Shown here one piece after another: positions 25,152 to 35,221 of a stretch of 37,717 bases of DNA (position 1 is the stretch's first letter; each line of letters starts with the position of its first letter). Under the pieces are notes generated by a model, which made no database searches, was not told the origin of the DNA, and was given only the letters and a program-made list of their open reading frames with translations. Origin of the DNA: an uncultured virus (IMG/VR IMGVR_UViG_3300006141_000006). Taxonomy: Duplodnaviria > Heunggongvirae > Uroviricota > Caudoviricetes. The stretch lies in IMG/VR virus record IMGVR_UViG_3300006141_000006; one strand, written 5' to 3'. The position numbers were made by a program, and so were the translations under genes.

Positions 25152-26585
25152 ATGAGAACCAGCCAAATCAAAGTCAAAAATTTATTCGGCATTCGGGAAA
25201 TGACCCTGGACGGTAAGTCCGTGGAACTTTCCGGGCCGAGGGGCAGCGGGAAAACCTCAGTCCTGGACTCCATACGCTACGGCCTGACCAACCGCTCAGA
25301 TCGGGATTACATCGTGCGTAAAGGAGCCGATGAGGGTGAAATCATCATTGAAACCGACTCGGGTCTTACCATTGACCGAAAGGTGCTTCCGGAAAAAAGC
25401 GCCGGAACGGTTAAAGTAAAAAGCGGCTCCATGCTTCAGACACGGCCCGCAGAATTTCTCTCCCAGATTTTCACCCCGCTCCAGCTGAATCCGGTGGAGT
25501 TCTGCGAAATGAGCCGCCAGGAGAAAAACCGGGTAATTCTTTCCCTGATTTCATTCTCCTGGGATCTGAACTGGATTCGCGCCCAGTTCGGCGAAATCCC
25601 CGATGGAGTGGACTACTCCAAGCACATCCTGGAGGTCCTGCACGACATCCAGGCAGAAAACGGCGTCTACTTCCGCTCCCGCCAAGGCCTGAACCGGGAT
25701 ATTCGGAACAAGCAGGCATTTATCGCCGATATTGCCGCCGGCATTCCGGAAGATTACGACTATGACCACTGGAACGCCTACAACCTGGGCGACAAATATA
25801 AGGAGCTGGAGCGCATCCGAGAGACCAACAGCCGCATTGAACGTGCAAAGGCGTTTCAGGAAGGTCACGATTCCAATCTCCGAGGCTTGGAGGCGGATCG
25901 GGATATTGAAATTGCCGCCATTGACCGTGAGATCGCCCAGGAGCGGGCGCGGCTTGCTGGAGACATTGAGCGGCTGAAAGCAGAAATCCGCGCCGCATCG
26001 GACAAACTCTCTGGCCTGGACGCCCGCCGCGAGGAACGGGCCGCCGCTGCACAATCCAAATTTGAAGCGTCCGCCGCCAAGCTGGAGCGGGACATGGGTG
26101 TGGCCAGTCAGTACGCCGGACAGGAGCCTCAGGATACGGCGGCCCTCTCCGCGGAATTGGATTTGGCGGAGGCTATGCGGAAGCACCTGAATGAATACCA
26201 GCGGATGACAGCCATGCAGGCGGAGGTTCAGTTACTGTCGGAGAAGTCGGAGGAGCTGACACAGAAGATTGAGCTGGCCCGGGAGCTGCCCGCCAGAATC
26301 CTGGAGACGGCGAAAATCCCGGTAGACGGCCTGACGGTTGTGGACGGTGTGCCGCTGATCAACGGCCTGCCGGTGTCAAACCTCTCCGATGGGGAACTGC
26401 TGGAGCTGTGCGTGGATATTACGGTCAGCAAGCCGGGGCAGCTGCAAATGATTTTAATTGACGGCACGGAGCGCCTGGACCAGCAGAACCGCGAACGGCT
26501 CTACGCCAAGTGCAAAGCCAAAGGGCTGCAAATCATCGCCACCCGCGTGGCGGACTCCGATGAATTGGAGGTGGTGGAACTATGA
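25152..26585 (+). CDS. SMC/SbcC-like ATPase with long coiled coil
   Basis: Walker A 'GPRGSGKT', signature 'LSDGE', Walker B 'ILIDGTE'. Confidence 0.88.
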   Translation: MRTSQIKVKNLFGIREMTLDGKSVELSGPRGSGKTSVLDSIRYGLTNRSDRDYIVRKGADEGEIIIETDSGLTIDRKVLPEKSAGTVKVKSGSMLQTRPAEFLSQIFTPLQLNPVEFCEMSRQEKNRVILSLISFSWDLNWIRAQFGEIPDGVDYSKHILEVLHDIQAENGVYFRSRQGLNRDIRNKQAFIADIAAGIPEDYDYDHWNAYNLGDKYKELERIRETNSRIERAKAFQEGHDSNLRGLEADRDIEIAAIDREIAQERARLAGDIERLKAEIRAASDKLSGLDARREERAAAAQSKFEASAAKLERDMGVASQYAGQEPQDTAALSAELDLAEAMRKHLNEYQRMTAMQAEVQLLSEKSEELTQKIELARELPARILETAKIPVDGLTVVDGVPLINGLPVSNLSDGELLELCVDITVSKPGQLQMILIDGTERLDQQNRERLYAKCKAKGLQIIATRVADSDELEVVEL

Positions 26586-27163
26586 CCCACTGGAAGAAAG
26601 TTGTATCGGACCCGAATTATATCGGCGAAGCGGATTTCCAAGAGGGGGAGGAAAAGGTCCTCACCATTGGACATATCAACGCCTCCGAAACAGTCACAAC
26701 TGCCGAGGGCAAGAGCAAAAAGGCCGTTGTCCACTGGAAAGAGAAGGATCAGAAACCGATGATCCTGAACGTAGCCCGGTCCAAGAGCATTGAAAAGGTT
26801 GCCGGGACGCCGGACATAGAACGTTGGCCGGGCGTGGCAGTCCAGCTGTACATTGAACATGGCATTAGGGCTTTTGGCGAAATTGTCAGTGCCGTCCGGG
26901 TCCGGCCCTTCAAGCCCCGTGTGCAGCGGCAGGAACCTGTCCTGCCCTGCGAGGATTGCGGCGCGGAGATCACACCGGCGATGGGCAAAGACGCCCGTTG
27001 GCTGGCGGGCTATACCACCAAAAATTACGGCGTCCCGCTCTGTGCATCCTGCGCTCAGAAGCGGAAGGAGCAACAGAAAGCCACAGCGGAAACGGATGGG
27101 GCGGAGGACGTTCCACCTCCTGAACTTGCGCCGGAGGAAACTGCCGAAGAAGGAGGCGTTTGA
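26582..27163 (+). CDS. Recombination-module protein with CxxC...CxxC finger and acidic tail
   Basis: Between ATPase and nuclease; 'CEDC', 'CASC'. Confidence 0.7.
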   Translation: MTHWKKVVSDPNYIGEADFQEGEEKVLTIGHINASETVTTAEGKSKKAVVHWKEKDQKPMILNVARSKSIEKVAGTPDIERWPGVAVQLYIEHGIRAFGEIVSAVRVRPFKPRVQRQEPVLPCEDCGAEITPAMGKDARWLAGYTTKNYGVPLCASCAQKRKEQQKATAETDGAEDVPPPELAPEETAEEGGV

Positions 27164-27985
27164 ATGTTGCAAGTTGTAACTTCCAAAAATTATTTTGACC
27201 CGGAAATCCAAATGGCTTATATGGGCCATTCGCAATTCCTGGCCTTCGACCGCTGCGAAGCAGCGGCACTGGCGGAGCTGCGGGGGGAATGTACGCCCCC
27301 CGCCTCCACGGCGCTGCTGGTGGGCGGCTATATCGACGCTTATTTCTCTGGGAGCCTGCCACTTTATCAGGCCCAGCACCCGGAACTGTTCAAGCGGGAC
27401 GGAACCCTCAAAGCGGAGTTCGTCCATGCCCAGGACATCATTGCCCGCATGGAGGAAGACGAACTTTATATGTTGCTGATGTCTGGGAAGAAGCAGGTGA
27501 TCCGCACCGGAGAGATCGCAGGCGTCCCGTTCAAAATCAAGATTGACAGCCTTCTGGACGCGGATACCTGCGAACGGATTGCGGAACGATTCCCAGACGC
27601 TGCCACGGTCTTTGGCTTCTGCGACGGGGCAATCGTCGATCAAAAGGCCATGCGGGACATGAGAGACGTCTGGGTCGAGGGAGAACACCGACGCCTCCAC
27701 TTCATCGAAGCGTGGGGCTATGACTTCGAGGGGGCCATCTATCAAGCGGTAGAGGGCCATGGATTGCCCTTTATCCTGGCGGTAGGGACGAAGGAGGCGT
27801 CGCCGGACCTAGAGGCCATTGCGATTTCCGATTCCGTCCTGAGTGCCCGTCTGGCGGAAGTGGAAGACCGTGCCCCGCGGTATCAGGCCATCAAGGAGGG
27901 GCGGGAGCCGCCTCGCCGCTGCGAATGCTGCGATTACTGCAAAGCAACCAAAAGACTGACGGCGATCCAGCTTTACACAGGATAG
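27164..27985 (+). CDS. PD-(D/E)XK exonuclease-like protein
   Basis: 'FKIKIDSL..IVDQK..GAIYQ', C-terminal 'CECCDYC'. Confidence 0.8.
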   Translation: MLQVVTSKNYFDPEIQMAYMGHSQFLAFDRCEAAALAELRGECTPPASTALLVGGYIDAYFSGSLPLYQAQHPELFKRDGTLKAEFVHAQDIIARMEEDELYMLLMSGKKQVIRTGEIAGVPFKIKIDSLLDADTCERIAERFPDAATVFGFCDGAIVDQKAMRDMRDVWVEGEHRRLHFIEAWGYDFEGAIYQAVEGHGLPFILAVGTKEASPDLEAIAISDSVLSARLAEVEDRAPRYQAIKEGREPPRRCECCDYCKATKRLTAIQLYTG

Positions 27986-28010
27986 GACTGATCGTGTTCA
28001 CCCCGCTTCC

Positions 28011-28053
28011 TGTTGAATTTTGACAAATAGACCCCGAAATTGGCACATATAAT
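28011..28053 (+). promoter_or_regulatory. Over-spaced promoter before replication genes
   Basis: TTGACA (28020)-22 bp-TATAAT (28048). Confidence 0.5.
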
Positions 28054-28086
28054 AATTGTGAGGCATGAGAAAAGGAGGTGACGCCC

Positions 28087-28650
28087 ATGCCAAGATACCC
28101 CACGCGCACACGGCGGACATCCGGCGCGGAGCTGGCGGAACGCATCAAGGCGGATTTGTCTGTGGAAAAAGTCTTCGAGTTTTATGGCTATCTCCCGAAC
28201 CGGAACGGCTATATCCTCTGCCCGTTTCACAATGAAAAAACAGCCAGCTTGAAGCTGTACAGCGGAGAGAGGCCGGGATGGCATTGTTTTGGCTGTGGGA
28301 GGGGCGGGACGGTCATTGACTTCGTGATGAAGCTGTTTAACTTGTCCTTCCAGCAGGCCATCCTACGCCTGTGCTCCGATTTCGGCATCCATATGGGCCT
28401 GGATCTTCCGGTTCCTTCCAGACAGCAGGAGGTGCGGGAGCTGGAAGTAGCCCAAAGGCGGGAAGCGGAACGCAAAGCCGCTATGGAAGCGGAGCACCAG
28501 GCCGCCGCGGAGGAGTACCGGTATTTGTGGGAAATCCGGCAGTATTTTGAAACGGAGGCCCCGCCCGTATCCATGGAAGACATCCACCCGCTGTATGCCG
28601 AAGCCCTGCGCCGCCTCTCATGTCTGGAATACTGGTTAGATATTCATTGA
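28087..28650 (+). CDS. Stand-alone CHC2 primase zinc-binding domain protein
   Basis: 'CPFHNEKTASL..WHCFGCGRGGTVIDF'; AAGGAGGTG RBS. Confidence 0.9.
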   Translation: MPRYPTRTRRTSGAELAERIKADLSVEKVFEFYGYLPNRNGYILCPFHNEKTASLKLYSGERPGWHCFGCGRGGTVIDFVMKLFNLSFQQAILRLCSDFGIHMGLDLPVPSRQQEVRELEVAQRREAERKAAMEAEHQAAAEEYRYLWEIRQYFETEAPPVSMEDIHPLYAEALRRLSCLEYWLDIH

Positions 28651-28665
28651 TGGAGGTGGTCTTAT

Positions 28666-30549
28666 TTGAAAATTGAAATACCGGTCTTTGAAAAAGACGA
28701 ATATCTGAGCACAACAACCCCTTACGAATGGCTGTATAGCCATCGGGCAAACCGCCTGGAATTGAAGCAGTTGTGCAACCGCATGGCGGAAGAAGCCATG
28801 AAAGCGGGCGTTCGCAACTTTCCGTCGCTCTATAAGGAATACGTCGCGTCCGTCCAGGGCGGCAGTGTGTTCGGCGTGGAAAACCAGACGGATTTCACCG
28901 GCCAGGAACAGGGCCTTTGGTGTGGGAACTGGACGGCGGACGACGGCGGCATCTACGGCATGGACCGTGCCGGGTTCGAGGTCTGCGCCTGTCCACACCC
29001 AATTCTCCCCACCCGGCGGCTGGTGAACATCGACACGGGCCTGGAAAAAGACGAGCTGGCCCACAGCCGCGGCGGCATCTGGAAGCGGCACGTCTTTGAT
29101 AAAAGCACCATATCCGATGCGCGGTCCATTGTCAAGCTCTCGGATTATGGTATCGCCGTCAACTCGGACAGTGCCAAGCACCTGGTCCGCTTCCTGGGGG
29201 ACGTGGAAAGTCTGAACTATGATCGCATTGAGGCGGTCAACAGTATTGGGCGCCTAGGCTGGATTGATGGCTATGGCTTTTCCCCCTATGAGGAAAACAT
29301 CGTATTTGACGGTGCGGACCAATATAAGGATTTCTTTGAGAACGTTCGGGAGCGTGGCAGCTATGACGCCTGGCTGGATGCCTGCCGCTCGTTCCGGAAG
29401 GGCGAAGGTATCCCCACCCGCGTTATCCTGGCGGCCTCCTTTTCCAGCGTGTTGGTACGGCCTTGCGGGGCGCTGCCCTTTTTCCTGCATCTCTATGGCG
29501 GGACCGAAGTGGGCAAAACGGTGGGTCTGAAGCTGGCGGCCTCCGTCTGGGCCAACCCGGAGGCAGGGCGGTTTATGCAGAGCTTCAACGCCACCAGCGT
29601 CGGCAAGGAACTGGGAGCCTCGTTCTACAACTCGCTCCCCTTGATTTTGGACGAGCTGCAAATCAAGGACGGCAGTCCCGGCGTCCAGCTGAAATTCCAG
29701 CAGATGATTTATGAGCTGGCGGAAGGCATCGGGCGCACTCGGGGAAAGAAGTCCGGCGGTCTGCAAAAAACCGGCACATGGCGGAACTGCATCATCAGTT
29801 CCGGCGAGTACCCGCTGATTGACAGCACTACGGCAGCGGGCGCGGTCAACCGCACCGTGGAAATTCACTGCCAGGACGTGAAGCTGTTCCAGAACAACTG
29901 CATCGGCGACGGTAAAGCGGTTTCTATCTTTCTGGAACGCAACTACGGCTTTGCCGGGAAAGTATTCGTGAAGCAACTTCAGCAGGCAGGAAACATGGAC
30001 AAGGCCATGGCGCTTCACGACCGCTTCATCGGTGAGATTACCGGCCGGAGCGATGTCACGGACAAACAAGCGTCCTCTGCGGCGCTGCTCCTGACAGCGG
30101 ACGCGCTGATAGAGGAATGGATCTTCCAGGACGGAATCCGCCTGGAAGCAGACGTTCTGATTCCCTTCCTCTCTACCAGAGCAGACATGGACCGGAACCA
30201 GCGGGCCCTGGAATTCCTGCACGACCAGATTGCCATGAATCCCGTCCACTTTGACCCGGACCGGGCGGAGGAAAAATCCGCAGCCATCTGGGGCGACGCC
30301 GATAAGAAATACATTTATATCATCAAATCGCAGTTTGACAGTCTCCTGAACGACAATGGCTTCAAGGCAGATGACTTCATCCACTGGGCCAGAGAAACCG
30401 GTGTCATCAAAATCGGAAAGGACGGGAAAAGTACCATCCCACACCGCTGTGGGGGAAAACTGGCCCGCTGTATCTGGCTCACGACGCAATCGGCTCCCAA
30501 AGAAGAATCCGCTGCATTTGAACCGGAAGATGAGTTCCTTCCTCTGTGA
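28666..30549 (+). CDS. DUF927-type replicative helicase/initiator
   Basis: 'RLGW', Walker A 'GTEVGKT', 'LPLILDE', 'GRTRG..WRN..ISSGE'. Confidence 0.85.
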   Translation: MKIEIPVFEKDEYLSTTTPYEWLYSHRANRLELKQLCNRMAEEAMKAGVRNFPSLYKEYVASVQGGSVFGVENQTDFTGQEQGLWCGNWTADDGGIYGMDRAGFEVCACPHPILPTRRLVNIDTGLEKDELAHSRGGIWKRHVFDKSTISDARSIVKLSDYGIAVNSDSAKHLVRFLGDVESLNYDRIEAVNSIGRLGWIDGYGFSPYEENIVFDGADQYKDFFENVRERGSYDAWLDACRSFRKGEGIPTRVILAASFSSVLVRPCGALPFFLHLYGGTEVGKTVGLKLAASVWANPEAGRFMQSFNATSVGKELGASFYNSLPLILDELQIKDGSPGVQLKFQQMIYELAEGIGRTRGKKSGGLQKTGTWRNCIISSGEYPLIDSTTAAGAVNRTVEIHCQDVKLFQNNCIGDGKAVSIFLERNYGFAGKVFVKQLQQAGNMDKAMALHDRFIGEITGRSDVTDKQASSAALLLTADALIEEWIFQDGIRLEADVLIPFLSTRADMDRNQRALEFLHDQIAMNPVHFDPDRAEEKSAAIWGDADKKYIYIIKSQFDSLLNDNGFKADDFIHWARETGVIKIGKDGKSTIPHRCGGKLARCIWLTTQSAPKEESAAFEPEDEFLPL

Positions 30550-30597
30550 GCGAAGCGATCATACCCCGTACACTTCACAGGCTCTGGAAATACCTTG

Positions 30598-30842
30598 GGT
30601 GTAACAGAGGAATCCATTACAGCGCAATGTTTTCCGGCGTTAATTTCAATTTGTTACACCTGTTACACCGAAAAAGACACTCCATTTTTATTAGAGATAC
30701 ACACTCAAAAAGATGTGTATATCTTGTTTTTGCAAGCTGATTCAAAAAACAGTGTAAAGGTGTAACAAATCCGCGTACCCATTGCACGGCAATATATACA
30801 GCGTTACACCCACAGGTGTAACAGCGTGTATCACGTGTAACA
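30598..30842. repeat. Iteron-like GGTGTAACA/TGTTACACC cluster; candidate replication origin
   Basis: Copies at 30598, 30652, 30661, 30759, 30803, 30815, 30835 in an AT-rich intergenic gap. Confidence 0.75.
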
Positions 30843-30908
30843 GCTACCGTTAAATAAGCCAATACATTCCACGGAAGTTTATATAAATCATACAAAGGAG
30901 TTGATATT

Positions 30909-32441
30909 ATGTCCCCTGCAATTACTCTGCGCCCCTATCAGCAGGAGTGCATTGATGTGATTGAAGCACAACCGCCCGGGCCTTATCTCGTACAGATGGC
31001 CACGGGGCTGGGCAAAACGGTCACCTTCGCCAATATCCCCCGGCACGGGGGGCGGATGCTAATCCTCTCACACAGGGAGGAGCTGGTAGAGCAGCCGCGT
31101 AAATACTTTGACTGTTCCTTCGGCGTGGAGCGGGCCGAATCCCGCAGTCATGGCGAGGAGGTGGTCAGCGCGTCTGTCCAGAGCCTGGCACGTCGGCTGA
31201 ACAAGTTTGACCCCCAAGATTTCGACTTGATTGTCTGCGACGAGGCCCACCACGCCGCTGCCAAAAGCTATCGGACAATCTTTGACTACTTCCGTCCGAA
31301 AAAGCTGGTTGGTGTCACAGCTACCCCCAACCGGGGCGACAAGGTCCGCCTGGACAACGTTTTCAGTAAAATTATCTTCCAGCGGGATCTCCGTTGGGGA
31401 ATCGAAAACGGTTATCTCTGCAATATCCACTGCCGCCGGGTCAACATCGGCTTCGACTTGAGCAAGGTCCATACCAGCCGGGGGGACTATGCGCCTGGGG
31501 AGCTGGCACAGGCCATGGACGGCACAGCAGATGCCATCGCCGAGGCATACCACACGCTGGCAGTGGGCGCTACCCTCATCTTTGCCGCTGGTGTCAACCA
31601 TGCCAACGAAATTGCCCGGCGCATCCCCGGCGCGATGGTGGTCACCGGGGAAACCAAGAACCGGGCCGCCATCATTGACGCTTTCACCCAGGGCGAAATC
31701 CCCTGCATTGTCAACTGCATGGTTTTCACGGAGGGCACCGACATCCCCCGGGTGGAGACCGTCATCATTGCCCGGCCCACCCAGTCGGAAACCCTGTATG
31801 CCCAGATGGTGGGCAGAGGCCTGCGGCTGTATCCTGGCAAGGCTCAGCTTCAGCTGATTGACTGCGTGGGCGTCACCGGCAGGGCCAGCCTCTGCGCCGC
31901 TCCCTCCCTGCTGGGCCTAGACCTGGAGAACATCCCCGAGCGGATGCTGGCAAATATCCAGGGAGACCTGCTGGACCTTCCGTTGAGGATCGCCACAGCG
32001 AGCGATACTCCGGAAAGCTGGGTAAAAAACGTGGAGCTGGTCAACCTGTGGGCCCAGGAGCAGCAGTATCGGACTCATGATGTCAACTGGTTCAAGATGC
32101 CGGACGGTTCCCTGATTTGCGCCCTGCCGGAAAAGCAGGTATTGACCATCCCCTGTCCGGACGCCCTGGGACAAGTGGTCTTTCCAGACGGTCGCACCTG
32201 CGGGATGCAGGAGGCCCTGGACAACGCCTACAAGGTCCTGCTGCGGGACTATCCGGACGAACGGACCCTTTGGGACCTGAAGATCGTGCGCCGCTGGGGG
32301 AAGGCCCCAGCTACGGATAAGCAGCTTGAAATCATTCAAAAACGCTGTAAGGGCTTCGACGTTACAGGCCTCACCAAAGGTGACGCCAGTCAAATCCTGA
32401 ACCGGGTGTTCAACAACCCCAGAAAACGGAGGGGAGCATGA
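30909..32441 (+). CDS. Superfamily 2 DEAH helicase
   Basis: 'LRPYQ', 'TGLGKT', 'DEAH', 'TAT', 'QMVGRGLR'. Confidence 0.93.
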   Translation: MSPAITLRPYQQECIDVIEAQPPGPYLVQMATGLGKTVTFANIPRHGGRMLILSHREELVEQPRKYFDCSFGVERAESRSHGEEVVSASVQSLARRLNKFDPQDFDLIVCDEAHHAAAKSYRTIFDYFRPKKLVGVTATPNRGDKVRLDNVFSKIIFQRDLRWGIENGYLCNIHCRRVNIGFDLSKVHTSRGDYAPGELAQAMDGTADAIAEAYHTLAVGATLIFAAGVNHANEIARRIPGAMVVTGETKNRAAIIDAFTQGEIPCIVNCMVFTEGTDIPRVETVIIARPTQSETLYAQMVGRGLRLYPGKAQLQLIDCVGVTGRASLCAAPSLLGLDLENIPERMLANIQGDLLDLPLRIATASDTPESWVKNVELVNLWAQEQQYRTHDVNWFKMPDGSLICALPEKQVLTIPCPDALGQVVFPDGRTCGMQEALDNAYKVLLRDYPDERTLWDLKIVRRWGKAPATDKQLEIIQKRCKGFDVTGLTKGDASQILNRVFNNPRKRRGA

Positions 32442-32839
32442 AAGCTACGGTAACCATCCTATCGCGTCCCCGGAGCGAGGCCCAGCATCAGGCAAACGTC
32501 ATAAACTGGGCCCTGCTCCACCGGGAAGAACACCCGGAATTGGCCCTGCTATATCACATTCCAAACGGCGGCAGCAGGGACCCGGTGGAAGCCAGGCACT
32601 TGAAGGATCAAGGCGTCAAGCGCGGCGTCCCTGACCTCTGCCTTCCGGTTCCCCGGGGCCATTACCACGGCCTGTATATGGAACTAAAAACAGAGACCGG
32701 CCGTGCCACCGCGGAACAGGAGTGGTGGGGGGAGCGGCTTTGCGCGCAGGGGTACGCGTGGCGAATCTGCCACGGCTGGCAAGAGGCCGTCACGATACTG
32801 GAGGGCTATCTGTCCCTGGAGGGAGGCGCGGCCTTATGA
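32438..32839 (+). CDS. VRR-NUC nuclease
   Basis: 'HIPNGG..GVKRGVPDL..YMELK..G..T.EQ..W'. Confidence 0.9.
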   Translation: MKATVTILSRPRSEAQHQANVINWALLHREEHPELALLYHIPNGGSRDPVEARHLKDQGVKRGVPDLCLPVPRGHYHGLYMELKTETGRATAEQEWWGERLCAQGYAWRICHGWQEAVTILEGYLSLEGGAAL

Positions 32840-33210
32840 GCGGAACCGGCTTCACCTTTCCCTGGGAGAGTGCCGCCATACACGGCGATCCGATGCCGGC
32901 GGGGCTCAGTCTCGCGGACCAGATGGCCTACACCTCCCTGCGGCAGATTTACCATTCCTACCGCGTAAAGACCATCTCACGGGAGCAGGCCGCCAGGGAG
33001 AAAATCCTGGTCCGGCGCTCTTACGACAAGGCCGTAGATGACCAGGCGTTCGCCGACAAGCTCACCCGACACCATGTTCGGGTGCTGAAGGACTCCGAGG
33101 CGGCGAAAGCGGCCTGCAGGAAAGACCCTACCCCGGAGAACGCACGCCAGCTGTGCGATGTGCTGGACGGGTTGGAGAGATACAGGCAAGAGGACGCGTT
33201 CAGCAGCTAG
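32836..33210 (+). CDS. Hypothetical protein
   Basis: GGAGG RBS, ATGA overlap. Confidence 0.75.
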   Translation: MSGTGFTFPWESAAIHGDPMPAGLSLADQMAYTSLRQIYHSYRVKTISREQAAREKILVRRSYDKAVDDQAFADKLTRHHVRVLKDSEAAKAACRKDPTPENARQLCDVLDGLERYRQEDAFSS

Positions 33211-33338
33211 AGGCCATCTTATTCAGAGAACCTCGGGACGGCTCTAAGGGCACTTAAAATGGCAAAGAAGGGGGGCCATGGGTAGCCGCCTCATGGTGGG
33301 AGGAATATCAAGCCGAAAATGGGTGGTGGATATATACT

Positions 33339-33635
33339 GTGAGCAAATTTGGAAACGAAGAAAAGGCCAACATCTGCTTCGACTGCCGCCGTGCCTGCGG
33401 TGGATGTTCTTGGAGTTCATATGACCCCAAAACAGGGGAAATTCGTTTTCAACCGGTTCCTGGCTGGGTTGCGGTGCGAACTGTGATTTTGAATTCAAAC
33501 AGAAACGGGAAAGTATACCTGAAAACTTGGCATATAACTGCCTGCCCATTGTTTGAACCGGACCCGCCGCGCGAGAGTAACCCGGCTGAGCTTACAGAAG
33601 AACAGCTTCGGAGGGTTATGCGGCGGTGGGACTGA
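33339..33635 (+). CDS. Cys-rich hypothetical protein
   Basis: 'CFDC..ACGGCSWS..PVPGW..CPLF'; start uncertain. Confidence 0.6.
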   Translation: MSKFGNEEKANICFDCRRACGGCSWSSYDPKTGEIRFQPVPGWVAVRTVILNSNRNGKVYLKTWHITACPLFEPDPPRESNPAELTEEQLRRVMRRWD

Positions 33636-33701
33636 CTGCCCGCATGGGTGATGAAGGAGGAGACATCTTTATGTATTTTTTCGAAAAGGGAGGACGCCGG
33701 A

Positions 33702-35030
33702 ATGAAGTTTGCTGAGCTGGAGGCGGAGCAGAAAAAGCCGCTTGCGTATAAAATTGACCGTGCCTGCGAGGCGATTGAAAAAGCCTTTTCCCTTTCCAGA
33801 CACGTTCCAGCCCTGGCGTTCTCCGGCGGAAAAGACAGTACGGTGCTTTGGGATTTAATTCGCCGGTATTTCCCGCATCTGGAACAACGGCTGCATGTGA
33901 TCTATGGAAATACTGGCGTCGAGTACCCAGAGAGCCTGCGCTTTGCTCGGGAGATAGGAGTCGCGTGGGGCGGAGGGCGGTTCCATGAGGTTACGCCGCT
34001 CAAACTGGAAAAGGACGGCTTGAAGTATGAGGCCCAGTGCGAAGTTCTGCAATATCTGACGGAGCATGGCCGCCTGTCGGAAATCCTAAAACCGGACGGG
34101 AAACTGAAGTACACATCCATCCTGGATAATCTGTGCCCGCCGGAGATGTGGGAGAACTTCAAGCGGCGGAACCTGATTTGGAGAGCTGGAACCCCGAAAA
34201 GTTATTTCTGGTGCGTTGATCAATACGGCTGGCCATTGCTGGGGAAAGCCTTTTCCAAGCTGAAAGCCCACCGCATCAACATCGACTGCTTCCTGCGCTA
34301 TTCTCAAAGCAAGAGCGAAAAATCAGACTTGTTGGACTATTATGATATCTTGCAGCAAGTGAAAATCTCCCAGGCGTGCTGCGACATCCTTAAAAAAGAA
34401 CCCAGTGAGGCAATGCAAGCGGAATTAGGCGTGGATGTGATTTTCAAGGGCCTGATGGCGGCGGAATCCCGAACGCGGAAAACCAATTTCTGCACACGCG
34501 GGTATTTATTTGAATCTTGCCGGAAGCATCTGCCGGACGGCGACAGCTTCTGGCACTGTAATCCGATCTCCATTTGGACGGATGATGATATCTGGGACTA
34601 TATCCACCGGTTTGAGGTTCCTTATTCCCCTTTGTATGACATGGGTTGGCAGGAAGATGATTATTGTGATGGGGAATATCATAAAATCAAGCGAAACGGC
34701 TGCATGGCCTGCGGGACAGACCTCCTGTTCCCTAATAATCATCTTGCATCGCTGCGCCATACCCACCCAAAAGCCTGGGAAGTTTTTATGCGGCGGGGGC
34801 TTGCGGACGAAATTCTAAAGCTTCAACGGGCAAAGCGGAACGGGCAGTATTCCATTTTTGATTATTGCAGCGGCACCGATTATCTGATTGATTCCAGACC
34901 TTGTGCCTTTGACCGGATTGATCAGCTTGTGCTGGACGAGGTTGCTTCTGCCTCAGACATGCGGGAATATGATGCAGAAGATGAGGGCTATAAAGAAGAT
35001 ATTAAAATTTTTGAAGAGGAGCGTCCATGA
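33702..35030 (+). CDS. PAPS-reductase-family (PP-loop) protein
   Basis: 'AFSGGKDS', 'NTGVEYPE', 'CC..LKKEP', 'PISIWTDDDIW', 'RNGCMAC'. Confidence 0.9.
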   Translation: MKFAELEAEQKKPLAYKIDRACEAIEKAFSLSRHVPALAFSGGKDSTVLWDLIRRYFPHLEQRLHVIYGNTGVEYPESLRFAREIGVAWGGGRFHEVTPLKLEKDGLKYEAQCEVLQYLTEHGRLSEILKPDGKLKYTSILDNLCPPEMWENFKRRNLIWRAGTPKSYFWCVDQYGWPLLGKAFSKLKAHRINIDCFLRYSQSKSEKSDLLDYYDILQQVKISQACCDILKKEPSEAMQAELGVDVIFKGLMAAESRTRKTNFCTRGYLFESCRKHLPDGDSFWHCNPISIWTDDDIWDYIHRFEVPYSPLYDMGWQEDDYCDGEYHKIKRNGCMACGTDLLFPNNHLASLRHTHPKAWEVFMRRGLADEILKLQRAKRNGQYSIFDYCSGTDYLIDSRPCAFDRIDQLVLDEVASASDMREYDAEDEGYKEDIKIFEEERP

Positions 35031-35221
35031 AGGATAAAGTCACCTCCACCGACATCAAACGCGCCCTTGCGGAGGGACACAGGAACAGCTGCGCTTATTT
35101 GTGCGTAAATGGACAGATTATCCGTAAAAGAAAACAATGCGTGGGGAGTAAGTTGATGGAACCTACCTATTTCCGTACATCCCCGCATGGTGTCCGAAGA
35201 TGCAGAGAACGGAGGGGGACG

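Noticed and set aside
26501..27760. 419-aa minus strand ORF
   Set aside because: Shadow of well-supported + strand genes.
29254..30489. 411-aa minus strand ORF
   Set aside because: Shadow of the DUF927 gene.
30546..30895. Short ORFs over the origin-like region
   Set aside because: No SD; the sequence is better explained by iteron repeats.
33702..35030. Dnd phosphorothioation operon or cysH sulfate assimilation
   Set aside because: No other dnd or cys genes are recognisable nearby.
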